A stretch of DNA of 64,000 bases from Octopus vulgaris (Eukaryota): assembly GCA_951406725.2 (NCBI GenBank), contig OX597829.1:57288001-57352000 (forward strand), written 5' to 3'. The notes under the pieces were generated by a model that was given only the letters and a program-made list of their open reading frames with translations, did no database searches and was not told where the DNA came from. Of this stretch, positions 30,346 through 43,114 are shown piece by piece; within the stretch, counting starts at the first letter, position 1; the number at the start of each line of letters is the position of its first letter. Both the position numbers and the translations under genes were made by a program.

Positions 30346-32131
30346 CAAGACCAAGCTTTGACCACGAACTGGCGGGTTAATCTTTGGAATGAGCAAAAGT
30401 CTCTGCTATGATGTATCTACAATAGAGTGGGATTTCCCAAACCAAACAGATCAGGTGCTAGAGCATAACGGACAAGACCTAGTGGTGGTGGATAAGATGC
30501 ACCACATATGCTATATAGTTGATGTTGTATGTTCTACGAACAGTCAAGAAGAAAGGTGAAAAAAAAAAAAAGATAAATACAACCGTCTTAAGTACGAAAT
30601 AGCCCGGCTATGGAAAATGAAGAAGGTGAAGATAGTGCCAATTATTGTTGGGTCCTTGGAGGCAATATCTGAAGGCATCAAGAGGAATAGAGAAGAAATT
30701 GGATTATAGGGACCAGTAGAACTGTTACGAAAGGTCTGCCTCTTTGGCACGGCCAGAATAATCGGGCAAGTATTAAATAGCTGAAAAGAATGAATAGCAT
30801 GGTAGAAGAGACGGGCTATAAGTACATGGGGATCTTGGAAATGGATAAATTGGAGAAAGAAATGACAGAAAAATTTAAGGTGGAGTATTTACACAGACTG
30901 TGACTGGTCCTTAAGTTGAAATTAAAGGAACAGAATAAGATCAAAGCTATCAACACCTGGGCGGCTTCACTCCTTAGATATGGAGCAGGGGTAATCGCAT
31001 GGACACTAGACGAACTAAAACGCTTAGACAGAAATACAAGGAAGTTGCTAACTAGATATGGGTCACTCCACCCAGACATATAGATAGACTGTATGTACCA
31101 AGACAAAGAGGAGGAAGAGGACTTATTGGATGCGAACACAGCACTAGAGCAGAAGAAAACAACATAGCATGGTATGTGAAAATGCCACAGAACCCCTATT
31201 ATTAGAAGTAAGAAGGTCAGGCTTGTGTAGGATGAAAGATTACAAAGATAAATCACTGTACAAGAAATTCAAAAAGAATGAAACTGAAAACAGGTGGGCA
31301 AAGAAAAGAATGCATGGTCAATTTCGTAGGGATGTTGAAGATAAGACAGACAGAGAAAAAAGATGGCTGTGGATGACTAAAATTGATTTAAAACCAGAAA
31401 CGGAGGCTCTAATCTGTGCTGCCCAAAAGCAAGCACTAAGAACAAACTACATAAAATACAGAATAGACAACACAGCAGAAAGTGATAAGTGCAGAATCTG
31501 AGGAAAAAATGATGAAACCACATGCCATATTACCAGCTAATGTACGCCACTAGTCCAGAAGGAATATAAGAGACGCTACGACAATATAGCAAGGCTTGTC
31601 CATTGGACACTTTGCAACAAGTATGGACTTGACAGAGCAAAAAATTGGTATGACCACAAACTTGAAGGCATCTTCGGAAATCAAAATGCAAAGATCCTCT
31701 GGAATTTTATGATTCAGTGCGACCATCAGATAGAGAATAGGAAGCCAGACATAGTGTTAATTGAGAAAGAAAACAAACTATGCTGGATCATAGATATAGC
31801 TTGCCCAGCTGACCAGAAGGTATGCAATAAGGAAGAAAGAGAAGTTGATAGGTATGACAGGTTAGCTTGAGAAGTTACGCAGTTGTGGTCGATGAAAAAG
31901 GTAGCAGTAGTACCAATAATTGTCGGAGCCCTGGGAACAGTGAGTAAAAATCTCGAGAAGTACGTGGAACAAATAGGGGCTGCAATAATGGTGGAGCACT
32001 TGCAAAACAACAGCACTGCTTGGAACCGCTGGAATACCCTGGAAGGTGCTAGAAAAAGAAGAGGTGTTACCTTAGTTCACTGGTAGTGAATAGCTGACAC
32101 TGTAGTACATCTCCAGCGTTAGAAGCTGTGC
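30346..32131 (+). mobile_element. Two adjacent degraded R4/Dong fragments (family I 30346-30790; family D 30800-32131)
   Basis: AQDQALTTN, IVPIIVGSL; YKYMGIL, LKPETEALICAAQ, RKPDIVLIEK, VVPIIVGALG; ends at (TAA)n. Confidence 0.8.
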
Positions 32132-32243
<112 letters not shown>

Positions 32244-32342
32244 TTGATGAGGATGATGATGATGACGACGACGACGACGCTGATGATGATGATGATGATG
32301 ACGGTGATGACGATGATGACGATGATGATGATGATGATGATG

Positions 32343-34040
32343 CAAAAGGTCGTCAGAATCAATATATTATAAGACAGAAGTTAAAAAATATAGCAAATTG
32401 GAAAGGAGCAGGTGTCCGGATGGAGTACAAGGCTATTGGCTGAAGACCTTTACGCAGTTGCATGAAAGGATCGTTACGCAACTGGATGACTTCCTGCAGC
32501 AAGGTCACGTCCCTGCTTGGATGACAAGTGGACGAACGCTGCTATGCCTCAAGGACCCCTCGAAAGGTAACTTGGCATCAAATTTTCGTCTTATATATTT
32601 CTTTATTGCCCACAAGGGGCTAAACATAGAGGAGACAAACAAGGACAGACAAAGGGATTAAGTCGATTTGTTACTTTATTTATCGACCCCGAAAGGATGA
32701 AAGGCAAAGTCGACCTCGGCGGAATTTGAACTCAGAACGTAACGACAGACGAAATATCGCTAAGCATTTCGCCCGGCGTGCTAACGTTTCTGCCAGCTCG
32801 TCTTATAACCTGTTTACCACTACTGTGGAAGCTCATGACCGTTGTCTTGGCGGAATAGTTATACAACCATCTGGAAAGTAACAATCTACTTGCAGAAGAA
32901 TAGAAAGGATGCAGGAAAGAAAGTAGGACAACAAAAGATCACTTATTACTTGATAAAATGATAATTATAAATTGTAGACACAGATTGATGGGACTGAATG
33001 CAGCATGGCTGGATTACAATAAAGCAAATGACAAGGTACCACACAGTTGGATAAGTAAAATAATGAGCAGGTTTGGAATAGCAAAAAGAAAAAAAAACAT
33101 GAAGAAAATGCTTAATGAAACATTGCAATACTGGATTGATCGGAGGAAAACAAAAACCCGAGAAAGTGAACATCAGACGTGGAATATTCCAAGGTGATAG
33201 CTTTTCTCCATTGCTATTCGTATTGGCCATGATACTGCTCACTATGATACTACGAAAAGCTAAAATTGCTTACGATTTGGGAAATGGTCAGATAAATCAT
33301 CCCCTTTTCGAGGATGATATAAAGGTCTATGCGAAAAATGAGAAACAGCCTGAAAGTCCGCATTTTCTCAAATGACATACGTATGGAATTTGGGATAGAA
33401 AAGTGCACTTTATTAAAGATGAAACGAGGAAGATTTGAAGTGCCCAATGAGAGCGGTTGAGAAAGGGCAGTGGTATAAGTACTTGAGAATACTGGAGGCA
33501 GATGAGATAAAAAATGAAGAAATGAAACAAGTTACTCGTAGAGAGTACAGAAAGAGAATAAGAAAATTATTGCAGTCAAAACTGAATTCGGAAAATCTTA
33601 TTGAAGCAATGAATTGAAGAGCAGAAGCCTCAATCGGATATGAAGTTGGAATTAGAGACTGGACCAGAAAAGAAATAAAGAAACTTGATAGAAAAACTAG
33701 GAAGTTGTTGACGACGTATGAAGCCCTCCATCCGAAAGCTGTACTCGGGGAGAGACGAGGGTGGAAGAAGCTTAATAACAGCAGAGGGATATGTATAGAT
33801 GAAAAAAGAAAACGTCTAGTAGAGTGTTTACAGAGCAGCACAGAAAATCTGCTAAAGAGAGCGAATAAAGAACAGGGGATGAAGCACATGATAGGAGAAA
33901 AGGACAAGAATGAAATACGAAGAGAGCACATCAGACGGATTGAAGAGAAACCTCTGTGTAGCCAATTTTGGAGAGCAACTGAAGACGTATGTAGAACAAA
34001 ATCCTGGACTAATTGTAGTAGCCCAAGATGAAGTGATAAA
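32343..34040 (+). mobile_element. Degraded R4/Dong RT region with SINE insertion
   Basis: PDGVQGYWLK, AWLDYNKA.DKVPH, RRGIFQGDSFSPLLF, YKYLRILEAD. Confidence 0.8.
32595..32800 (-). mobile_element. tRNA-derived SINE with Meta-domain-like core
   Basis: Minus strand GAGTTCAAATTCCGCCGAGGTCGACTTTGCCTTTCATCCTTTCGGGGTCGATAAA. Confidence 0.8.
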
Positions 34041-34928
34041 AACATCTAAACCAATTGACTTGAAACCGTTGAGGAAGTGACCTTGCTTCCAAGCTGATCC
34101 AAGGCCACATTCACACACACCACTGACAGTAGTTATGCAAGTCGGAGAAAGAAAAGGATGAAGTCACTCACCTTGATTTTCGAGAAGTTGGGATCTTCCG
34201 AACTTCTCTACAGGTGAACGCTTTTTAAAAGTTCCATCTAAAAGCCTTTTGTTTTTTTTTTAAATCCCAATGCTAGCTGGAAGATTTTCATGCATTGTTT
34301 TATAAACGCCCTGCTCTTATTTCTCCATCTCATTACTGCTATTGTTAGTTTAGGGAGCAGTGCCTACAGGAGAAGTAAATTCCTTCCTTATCTTGGTTCG
34401 GGTGTGAGTGTTGGAGTCCTGGTACTTCTTCTTGATTTTGTATTTATGGTGTTTGTAGTGTTGGCAGTAATGGGTGTTTTGTGTGTGTGTGAGGGCTGAA
34501 AGCCTTTCAGTGAGTCACAGTTCCACATATGTGACATCTTGGCCCTTTACTCTCCACTACCACAAACAACTGGGTGCCATGCTGGAGGTCTTGCTAGTAG
34601 TTTGTCAATATAGGTTTGGTTAGATTATATGGCCAGTTCCACACCCATACTTGACCAGTTTTGTTACCCCCAAGATAGTCACATCTTCCTCTATATTTAC
34701 TTAAGCAAGGTGTTGGCCACGATAGCAGGGGATTAACAAGAATTCTTAATTCCTCAATGTCGTCGCGGAATGAATTCTGGCCTCTTCTTCAGTCCCAAAT
34801 CTTACTTTAATTGTACAATACTTCTTTCCTTGAACATTATTTATATTATTTACAATTGACGGATATTTGTCCTCATCTTGTTTGATATTTACACAACATT
34901 TCGAACCTGGATTCTCATGTTGTTGTTT

Positions 34929-34966
<38 letters not shown>

Positions 34967-35098
34967 CTTCTTCTTCTTCTTCTTCTTCTTCTTCTTCTTC
35001 TTCTTCTTCTTCTTCTTCTTCTTCTTCTTCTTCTTCTTCTTCTTCTTCTTCTTCTTCTTCTTCTTCTTCTTCTTCTTCTTCTTCTTCTTCTTCTTCTT

Positions 35099-35660
35099 CA
35101 TATTTGTTAGGTGGTATGATTTCTTGTTTGTATTTGTCAGCTTCCTTAAATACTGAGAACAATTTTTTGTTTTGCTCGTGTTTTGCCGTTATTTGTATCA
35201 GTTTTCCTTGCTTCTGAAGTAGATATTTTTGCATTCCTATGGTGGTTATTTTGTAATAAGTTTTCCAGCTGCGTAAGGCCTCTACCACCTTCTATACGTT
35301 GTATATATAGCCTTTCTATGTCAGATTTTTGGTGATGCATCCTAGATCCTGTCATTATTTTTCTTGTTTTCCTATCTATTTTGGTCAGTTCATTTAGTGT
35401 CCAGTTAAGGATATTGTAGCTGTAGCATAACTGGGACGGCTAAAGTGCTAATACCTATTATCTTGTTTTTAGCATTGAGCTCTGTTTTTAGTATTGATCT
35501 AACTCGTCTATAGTATTCTTGCTTTATTTTCTCTTTCATTTGTGTGTTGTGTTTTATCTAGTTCATGGATTCCTAAATATTTGTAAGTTTGGTTTTGGTC
35601 TAATTCTCTTATTTCATAGGCTTTATCTAGTGTGATGTTGCTACTCTTAACTAGTTTTCC
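35099..35660 (-). mobile_element. Internal R4/Dong family A fragment
   Basis: Matches 40960-41530; its poly-Glu (GAA) codons have expanded into the (TTC)n tract at 34965-35098. Confidence 0.88.
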
Positions 35661-35661
35661 C

Positions 35662-36450
35662 CAAAAGCATACTCTCCACTCCAATTATGAAGAAAAGAGA
35701 GGATGAAACCGATAAACTGTCCACAGTCTGTCTACCCTATGTGAAAGGCCTCTCCGAAAAGATATAAAAGATATGCGGCCCATGTGACATCAGGACAGTA
35801 TTCAAAAGCAATACCTCGCAAATATCTCATTCGGGTAAAACCACCAATAGAAGAGAATATGACCAAAAACTGCGTGTACTCCATCCCATGCAGCTATGGT
35901 AGGTTATACAAAGGCGAAACATGCCGCCCCCTCAAAATAAGAGTAGAGGAACATCGCAAAGCTGTGACGCGGGGAGATATTGATAAATCGGGTATAGCTG
36001 ATCATGTATGCAAAAATGGAGACCACCTCCCCATGTGGGATGAAGTTAAAATAATAGACAGAGAACACCACTGGAAAATACGAAAACTAAAAGAAGCAGC
36101 AGATATACTAGGACATAACAACCTCTAAACAGACCGAGTGCACATATGGGAACCAGTATTAAGGAAGGAGAATATTAGATTTATAAGCCCTAAAATTCAC
36201 TTCTTAATTGCTCACGGGTATATGGCGTAGTGGTTAAGAGCGCGGGCTACTAACCGCACGATTCCGAGTTCGATTCCAAGCAGTTACCTGAATAATAACA
36301 TCGAAAAATACCTTGGGAATGAGAACCCTAGTTAGAAATTTCCCCAAGACACCTGATGAGGGCTGGAGGGTATGTCATCCAAAACGTTGGATGATATCCG
36401 TCAATAGTAAATAACGTACATAATTCCTCATCTCTTAAATATAGAACTGT
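35662..36450 (+). mobile_element. Penelope-like element 3' part: GIY-YIG endonuclease relic + tRNA-like segment + degenerate hammerhead
   Basis: LPYVKGLSEKI, CVYSIPCSYGRLYKGETCRPLKIRVEEH, RKLKEA; A box 36223-36233, B box 36266-36277; CTGATGA at 36353-36359. Confidence 0.8.
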
Positions 36451-36668
36451 ATTCTTTCCTTGAACGACGTGAGTCTTGTGTTCCCACACGCGCCCATGTC
36501 ATTTTTGAACTTGGACCGCAGTAGCGATGAAACCGTGCACCTCAAAATGTTTCCAATGGCCTCGGGTGGAAGTTTGAGAGCTTCTCTTCTCGCATTTCTT
36601 TTTGCCATTTTCTGGCTAGTTCTAAATATTCCTTATCGAAGGGGAAATCTTCCAGATTTCTTGCAACA

Positions 36669-39410
36669 ATCGTAATATCACTGGAGAAAATCTGCACAGA
36701 CTGGACCGGGCTGTTCAGTTCTGCCTCACTTTTTGTGAACAACTTACGATGGATTTTGAACTCTTAAAATGTTCTTCGATGGTGATGAGACGAGGAAAGC
36801 TTGCCAGGCCAGAAAGCATATGGTTACCATGTGATGTGGTGAAACGATGAACGCAATTGATTTTGAATCCAATTATAAATACCTGGGAATATTTGAAGCA
36901 AATGGAATTAAACACAACGATATGAAAAGAAAAAAAAAGGAAAAATACAAAGAAAGAGTACTTCCAGCAAGTGATGAAAATATTGGCTTCAAAGCTGAAT
37001 GCCATAAACATAATTTCGGCAAAAAACTCGGCGGCAGTCACAGTAGTTTGGTATGGAGCTGGAATCCTAAAGTGGACAAAGGAGGAGCTAAAGGAGATGG
37101 ATAGGAAGACAAGAAAGAACCTAACGATGTATGGAGCCCATCATCCACATGCAGATACCGACCGCTTGTTCATGAAGAGGACTGATATGTGTGGAAGACT
37201 GCGTACGTATCGAATTCGAAAGTTTAATAAGATTCCTATCCCAAAGTAAGGAAACCTTGTTAGTGACAGTTAGGAACGAGGGTGTATTGAGAGCAGAGAA
37301 AAAAAGGAAAACAAAGAAAGAATTACACAAAGGACACGAAGAAGAAGTACGCAAGAAGGGACTACACAATCAATTCCATTCAGTCACAACAGAAGTTGCT
37401 GGAAAAATAGGTGGGATTAGGTGAAGAAAGGAACACTAAAAAAAAAAGAGAGACCGAGAGCACTATAGTGGCAGTGCAAGACCAAGCTTTGACCACGAAC
37501 TGGAGGGTGAACCTGAGGAATGAGCAAATGTCTCCACTATGCCGCATCTGCAATAGAGTGATTGAAACTATTGCCTATATCATGAGCGAAGGCCCTAGAT
37601 TTGTCCAAAAACACTACAAGTTGTGGCAACACGATCAGATAGCAAAAGTGCTAAATTGGAAACTACGAAAAGTGGGAGCTAGAGAGAGGCAAGATGTGGT
37701 ACGAGCACAAACTGCAGAGAGTGACAGAGTCGGAGACTAGAAAAATCCCCAGGGATTTCCCAATCTAAACAAATCAGGTGTTAGAGCATAACAGATCGGA
37801 CCTAGTGGTGGTGAACAAGATGCACCACATCTCAATAATACTAAAACTCTATAAATGTTTGTTTGTATCCGAAATATCTCAAAAATAATATTTTTTATCT
37901 TTTTTTGCATAATTATTTTCATATTTGCTTTGGCTGTGCAGTACAAATTTTTATAATATTTGGACCTCTATTTAAACGATTAAACACCATTTTTGTTTGT
38001 TATTTCTTGACGAAAAGAAGACATGGCTTCCGTGACGTCAACACACATACACAGATACAAACACACACACATTTAATGAATGTCATTGCATGTCAATCAA
38101 CATAAACACACGTCCGCTATCTGTGATATATATACACAGTCTTCGCGCTCTCTAAGATAAAAAAAACCATCGACTTTTTGACGTATAGAATATTTTAATC
38201 ATTTAGAAATATTTTTAACTGAATGTGATTTCATCATCCGGAGTTCGTTAATTTCCGTAAAAATATTTTATTTATTTACTTTGTGAGATGAGAAAGTGAA
38301 AGATGTATGTACGTGTATATGAAATGGACGTGTGTGTGGAAGATAATGAGAGAGTGAAGAAGAGGGAGAGGAAGAAAGAAAGAGACAGAAAGAATGAGTG
38401 AAGGGGTATGTTGTCATGTATACGTACAGATATCGATGCGTATGAGTACATCTTTCTTGTATGTACGTGTGCGTGTGCGTGTGAGAGCGAGAGAGAGAGA
38501 GAGAGAGAGAGTGTGAACGTGTGTGTTTTCCTGTATAAGTGGCACTCACTCTGTCTTTTACACACACACGTCCATTTCATATACATGTTCATACATTTTT
38601 CGCTTCCTCCTCTCTTTCACTTTAAAACAAAAGTAAATGGTGATTTTCAGGATAAAATTTGTTTAAAAAAAGCTTCTACACATGTAAAATTGGCACCCAA
38701 AAGTTTTCAGAATTGCCGATATGGCTAGGGGGAAAATGTTTTCAATTTAGTTGTATTTAGCATAATTTCACTTACATATGATTAGATTTTATTAAATTTT
38801 CATTAGATTTAAGCCCTTATTTTTTCTGTAAATACTATTTTGACATTGAAATGAGTTTAACTTCCGGTACGAATGTTTGCATTTTCTAACTCTCTTAGTA
38901 AAAACAAAGTCGACAGTTCCAATTAAATAAGTCCAGAAGTTAGGTTAAATATATACACATGCATATGAATTCCCGTTCTACAAACTGGCAAACAATTCCT
39001 TGAATACTTTACCGGGCAACGCTGGGTTGTAAGGCTTGTGTGTTATATAGTTGATGGTGCATGTACTTTTGACCCAAGAATAGTCAAGAAGGAAGGTGAA
39101 AAAAAAAAGATAAATACAACCGTCTTAAGTACGAAATAGTCTAGCTATGAAAAATGAAGAAGGTGAAGATAGTGCCAATTACTGATGGGCCCTTGGGAAC
39201 AGTATGAGAAGGCATCAAGGGGAAAATAAAGGAAATTGGAATAGATTGCCCTGTAGAACTGTTACGAAAGGTTTGCTTCCTTGGCATGGCAAGAATAATC
39301 AGGAAAAGATAGTTGAGAAGAACAGATAGCATGGTAGCGTAGGCTGCAGCCAGCAAGCCCGCTACGCATGCAAGACCCCAGCAGTTCCAACAAAACCTGA
39401 GAAAAAAATA
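36669..39410 (+). mobile_element. R4/Dong family I copy with 5' inversion, split by a Helitron
   Basis: KCSSMVMRRGKL, YKYLGI, DRKTRK..HHPHADTDRL, VQDQALTTN; the frame resumes at 39039 after the insertion. Confidence 0.8.
37830..39038 (+). mobile_element. Non-autonomous Helitron-like element
   Basis: 5' TC..., 3' GC-rich hairpin (CCGGGCAACGCTGGG) + CTTG. Inserted between A and T without TSD, as shown by the uninterrupted paralog at 30495-30525. Confidence 0.75.
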
Positions 39411-39415
39411 ATAAC

Positions 39416-39501
<86 letters not shown>

Positions 39502-39575
39502 CGACGACGACGATGACGACGACGACGACGATGACGACGATGATTACAACAACAACAACAACGACGACGACGACG

Positions 39576-39642
<67 letters not shown>

Positions 39643-39644
<2 letters not shown>

Positions 39645-40115
39645 CAAAGATCCTGTGGGATTTTATGAAATGCAAAGACCCTCTGGGATTTTATGATTCA
39701 GTGCGACCATGAGATAGAAAATAGAAAGCCCGATATAGTGTTAATTGAGAAAGAAAACAAACTATGCTGGATCATAGACATAGCATGCCCAGATGACCAG
39801 AAGGTATGCGATAAGGAAGAAAGAAAAGTTGATAGGTATGACAGGTTAGCTTGGGAGGTAAAACAGTTGTGGTCGATAAAAGGGTGGCAGTGGTACCAAT
39901 AATTGTCTGAGCCCTGGGAACAGTGAGTAAAAATCTCGAGAAGTACATGGAACAAATAGGGGTTGCAATAAGGGTGGAGCACTTACAGAAAACAGCAGTG
40001 CTTGAAACCGCTCGAATACTCCGAAAGGTGCTCGAAAAATAAGAGGCATTACCTTAGTTCACTGGTAGGGAACAGCTGACACCATAGTACATCTCCAGCG
40101 TTAGAAGCTGTGCAA
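39643..40115 (+). mobile_element. R4/Dong family D 3' fragment
   Basis: NRKPDIVLIEK..IIDIACP; same UTR as 32060-32131. Confidence 0.85.
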
Positions 40116-40126
40116 AGGCAATAATA

Positions 40127-40176
<50 letters not shown>

Positions 40177-40195
40177 GGTGGTGGTGATGATAATG

Positions 40196-40266
<71 letters not shown>

Positions 40267-42476
40267 TCCCAAATCAAATGAAACAGAAAAACCAGAAAAC
40301 TACAGACCAATAACCTGCCTCCCTACTATGTTCAAGGCATTTACTGCAGTGATATCACAAAGGCTGAACAAGCACCTGGACGAAAACAAACTGTTCCCAG
40401 AAGAGCAGAAAGGATGCCGCAAAGGCTCATATGGCTGTAAAGATCAACTAATGATTAATAAAGCCATAACTGAAGACAGCCACAGAAAGAAGAAAGGCCT
40501 CAGTATGGCCTGGATTGACTACAAAAAGGCGTTTGATAGCATCCCCCACACATGGATCCTCGAAACACTAGCCATTAATAAAGTAGCACCAACAATCATA
40601 AAATTCATAGAGCACTCTATGAATAAATGGCAAACAGTCCTACACCTCCAAACAAAAGAGGGACTCATGAAAACCAAAGACATCCCCATTAGAAGAGGAA
40701 TATTCCAGGGAGACACGCTCTCTCCACTCCTTTTCTGCTTGGCACTGTCACCTCTATTTGATATGCTAAATAGAACTGGATGCGGATATAAATGTTACGG
40801 CAAAACGATCAGCCACCTTTTATATATGGATGACCTAAAACTATACGCTGCAAATGACAAACAGCTGGAAACACTATTAAAGACAGTTCATGGATTTACC
40901 AAAGAAATAGATATGAAATTTGGATTAGAAAAATGCGCCAAAGTAACCCTGAAAAGAGGAAAACTAGTTAAGAGTAACAACATCACACTAGATAAAACCA
41001 ATGAAATAAAAGAATTAGACCAAAGCCAAACTTACAAATACTTAGGAATCCATGAACTAGATAAGACACAACACACACAAATGAAAGAGAAAATAAAAAA
41101 AGAATATTATAGACGAGTTAGATCAATACTAAATACAGAGCTCAATGCTAAAAACAAGATAATAGGTATCAACACTTTAGCTGTCCCAGTTATAAGTTAC
41201 AGCTACAATATCCTTAACTGGACACGAAATGAACTGACCAAAATAGATAGGAAAACAAGAAAAATAATGACAGGATCTAGGATGCATCACCCAAAATCTG
41301 ACATAGAAAGACTATATATACAACGTATAGAAGGTGGTAGAGGCCTTATACAGCTGGAAAACTACTGTAAAATAACCACCATAGGACTGCAAAAATATCT
41401 ACTTCAGAAGGAAGGAAAACTGATCCAGATAGCGGCAAAACACGAGCAAAACAAAAAAAATGTTCTCAGTATTTAAGGAAGCTGACAAATACAAACAAGA
41501 AATCATACCACCTAATAAACATGAAGAAGAAGTAGAAGAAGATGAAGAAACAACAAAAGCTATAAAACAAATGAAATCCAAACTAAAAATAGAACAGCAA
41601 CGAACCATGATAAAACGATGTCAAGAAAAGCCCCTTCATGGTAAATACTGGACTAAACCAAACGCAAAAGAAATAGACAAAGAAAAATCCCAGCAATGGT
41701 TGAGAAGCTCAGGACTCAAAGCAGAAACAGGGATTTTTAATTGCAGCACAAGACCAAAGCCTCCCCACCAGAAATTACCAAAAACATGTAATGAAAAGAA
41801 ATATTACAAGTAACTGCAGAATATGTGGAGATGGACAAGAAACAATAAATCATATTATCTCTAGCTGCCCAGTCTTGGCTAAGAAGGAATATATTCACAG
41901 ACATGACAGAGTTGGAACCTACATACATTGGAAGCTATGCCAACATTATGGAATAACAACAGAAAAAAGATGGTATAGGCACACACCAGAAAAGGTCACA
42001 GAAAACGAGAAAGCAACCATACTCTGGGATATGCCGATACACACAGATAGAGAAATTAAGGCCAACAGACCAGATATAGTTGTCAGAGATCATGAAGAAA
42101 AAAATGCTTTCTAATTGATGTATCAATACCGGCTGATGACAACGTGTCTCTAAAAGAAATGGAGAAACTCTCAAAATACAAAGACCTGGAAATAGAGGTA
42201 ACTAGAATGTGGAATCTGAAAACAGAAACAATTCCTATCATAGTAGGTGCATTAGGCATGATAAAAAAATATTCAGACAAATAATAACAAAAACACCAGG
42301 ACTTACAAACACCTATAACATACAGAAAATTGCACTACTAGGCACTGCACACATCCTACGCAGAACACTTTCCATACAATAACCATCAGAGCATCACAAC
42401 AAATCACAGCACATACCCAAGGCACATAGAGCTGTGCTCGGTAGTGAAGTGAAAGCACGCTATAAAAATAAAACTA

Positions 42477-42479
<3 letters not shown>
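40267..42479 (+). mobile_element. Young 5'-truncated R4/Dong family A copy (most of RT, CCHC, RLE, 3' UTR)
   Basis: NYRPITCLPT, EEQKGCRKGS, WIDYKKAFDSIPH, GIFQGDTLSPLLF, LYMDDLKL, CRIC..HIISSC, NRPD; a few frameshifts; (TAA)n at both ends. Confidence 0.95.
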
Positions 42480-42538
<59 letters not shown>

Positions 42539-42540
<2 letters not shown>

Positions 42541-43095
42541 GCCCTGATGCAGTACCAGGCAATGGCTGTCATGGCTTCTGATCTTAACTGATTGGAAGTG
42601 TTATCATGTACGTCGTTTTGTCTTGGTATAAAAAGATGGGCTACAGCAAATATTCTGCTCAATACCACAGATTTGCTTGTCAGTTGTTTGACCTTAACCA
42701 GTTGAGCATGTCCCTTAGTGGCTGACGATATGTGCATCTCTGATCACGAGCAGAAGTAGTGGGGGAGCATCATAGCCATGTGTTGAGAGGGATTCTTTGG
42801 GGTTTGAATAATTCACCTCTGGAAACATGGGTGGTTCTTTCAACATCCTTAAACAATCCTTATTCAGGGACCTTTTGAGCGGGATGGGCTACTCAACCTG
42901 AAGAAAATTCTAACTGGGCCCCACCTGCAAGGTCATGTGCTGTTTATCTTGATATGAGATGACCATGTCGTGCACATATGGTTGTGATGCATGTGCCTGG
43001 TGTACCTTTATCAGACGGGTAGTCATGATGGGTATATTGGGCTTCGTATATTTTACCCCAGTGTCACTTTGATGGCATGCACTGCTCTCTCACTC
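42539..43095 (+). mobile_element. Full-length copy of ~557-bp non-coding (TAA)n-targeting retroposon
   Basis: (AAT)n-ATGCCCTGATGCAGTACC ... CTGCTCTCTCACTC-(AAT)n. Confidence 0.88.
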
Positions 43096-43114
43096 AATAA
43101 TAATAATAATAATA

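Noticed and set aside
34100-34860. Possible L1/Tx1 ORF1-like relic (also 36451-36668)
   Set aside because: Fragmented frames without a clear zinc knuckle; left unassigned.
36214-36290. Functional tRNA gene
   Set aside because: Cloverleaf stems are imperfect and there is no oligo-T terminator; embedded in a mobile element.
42539-42860. Ribozyme or tRNA head at the 5' end of the 557-bp element
   Set aside because: CTGATGC and CTGATAAG are not followed by a proper stem II/GAAA, I could not build an HDV fold by eye, and no B box is evident. Only a short 5' hairpin (TGCC..GGCA) is supported.
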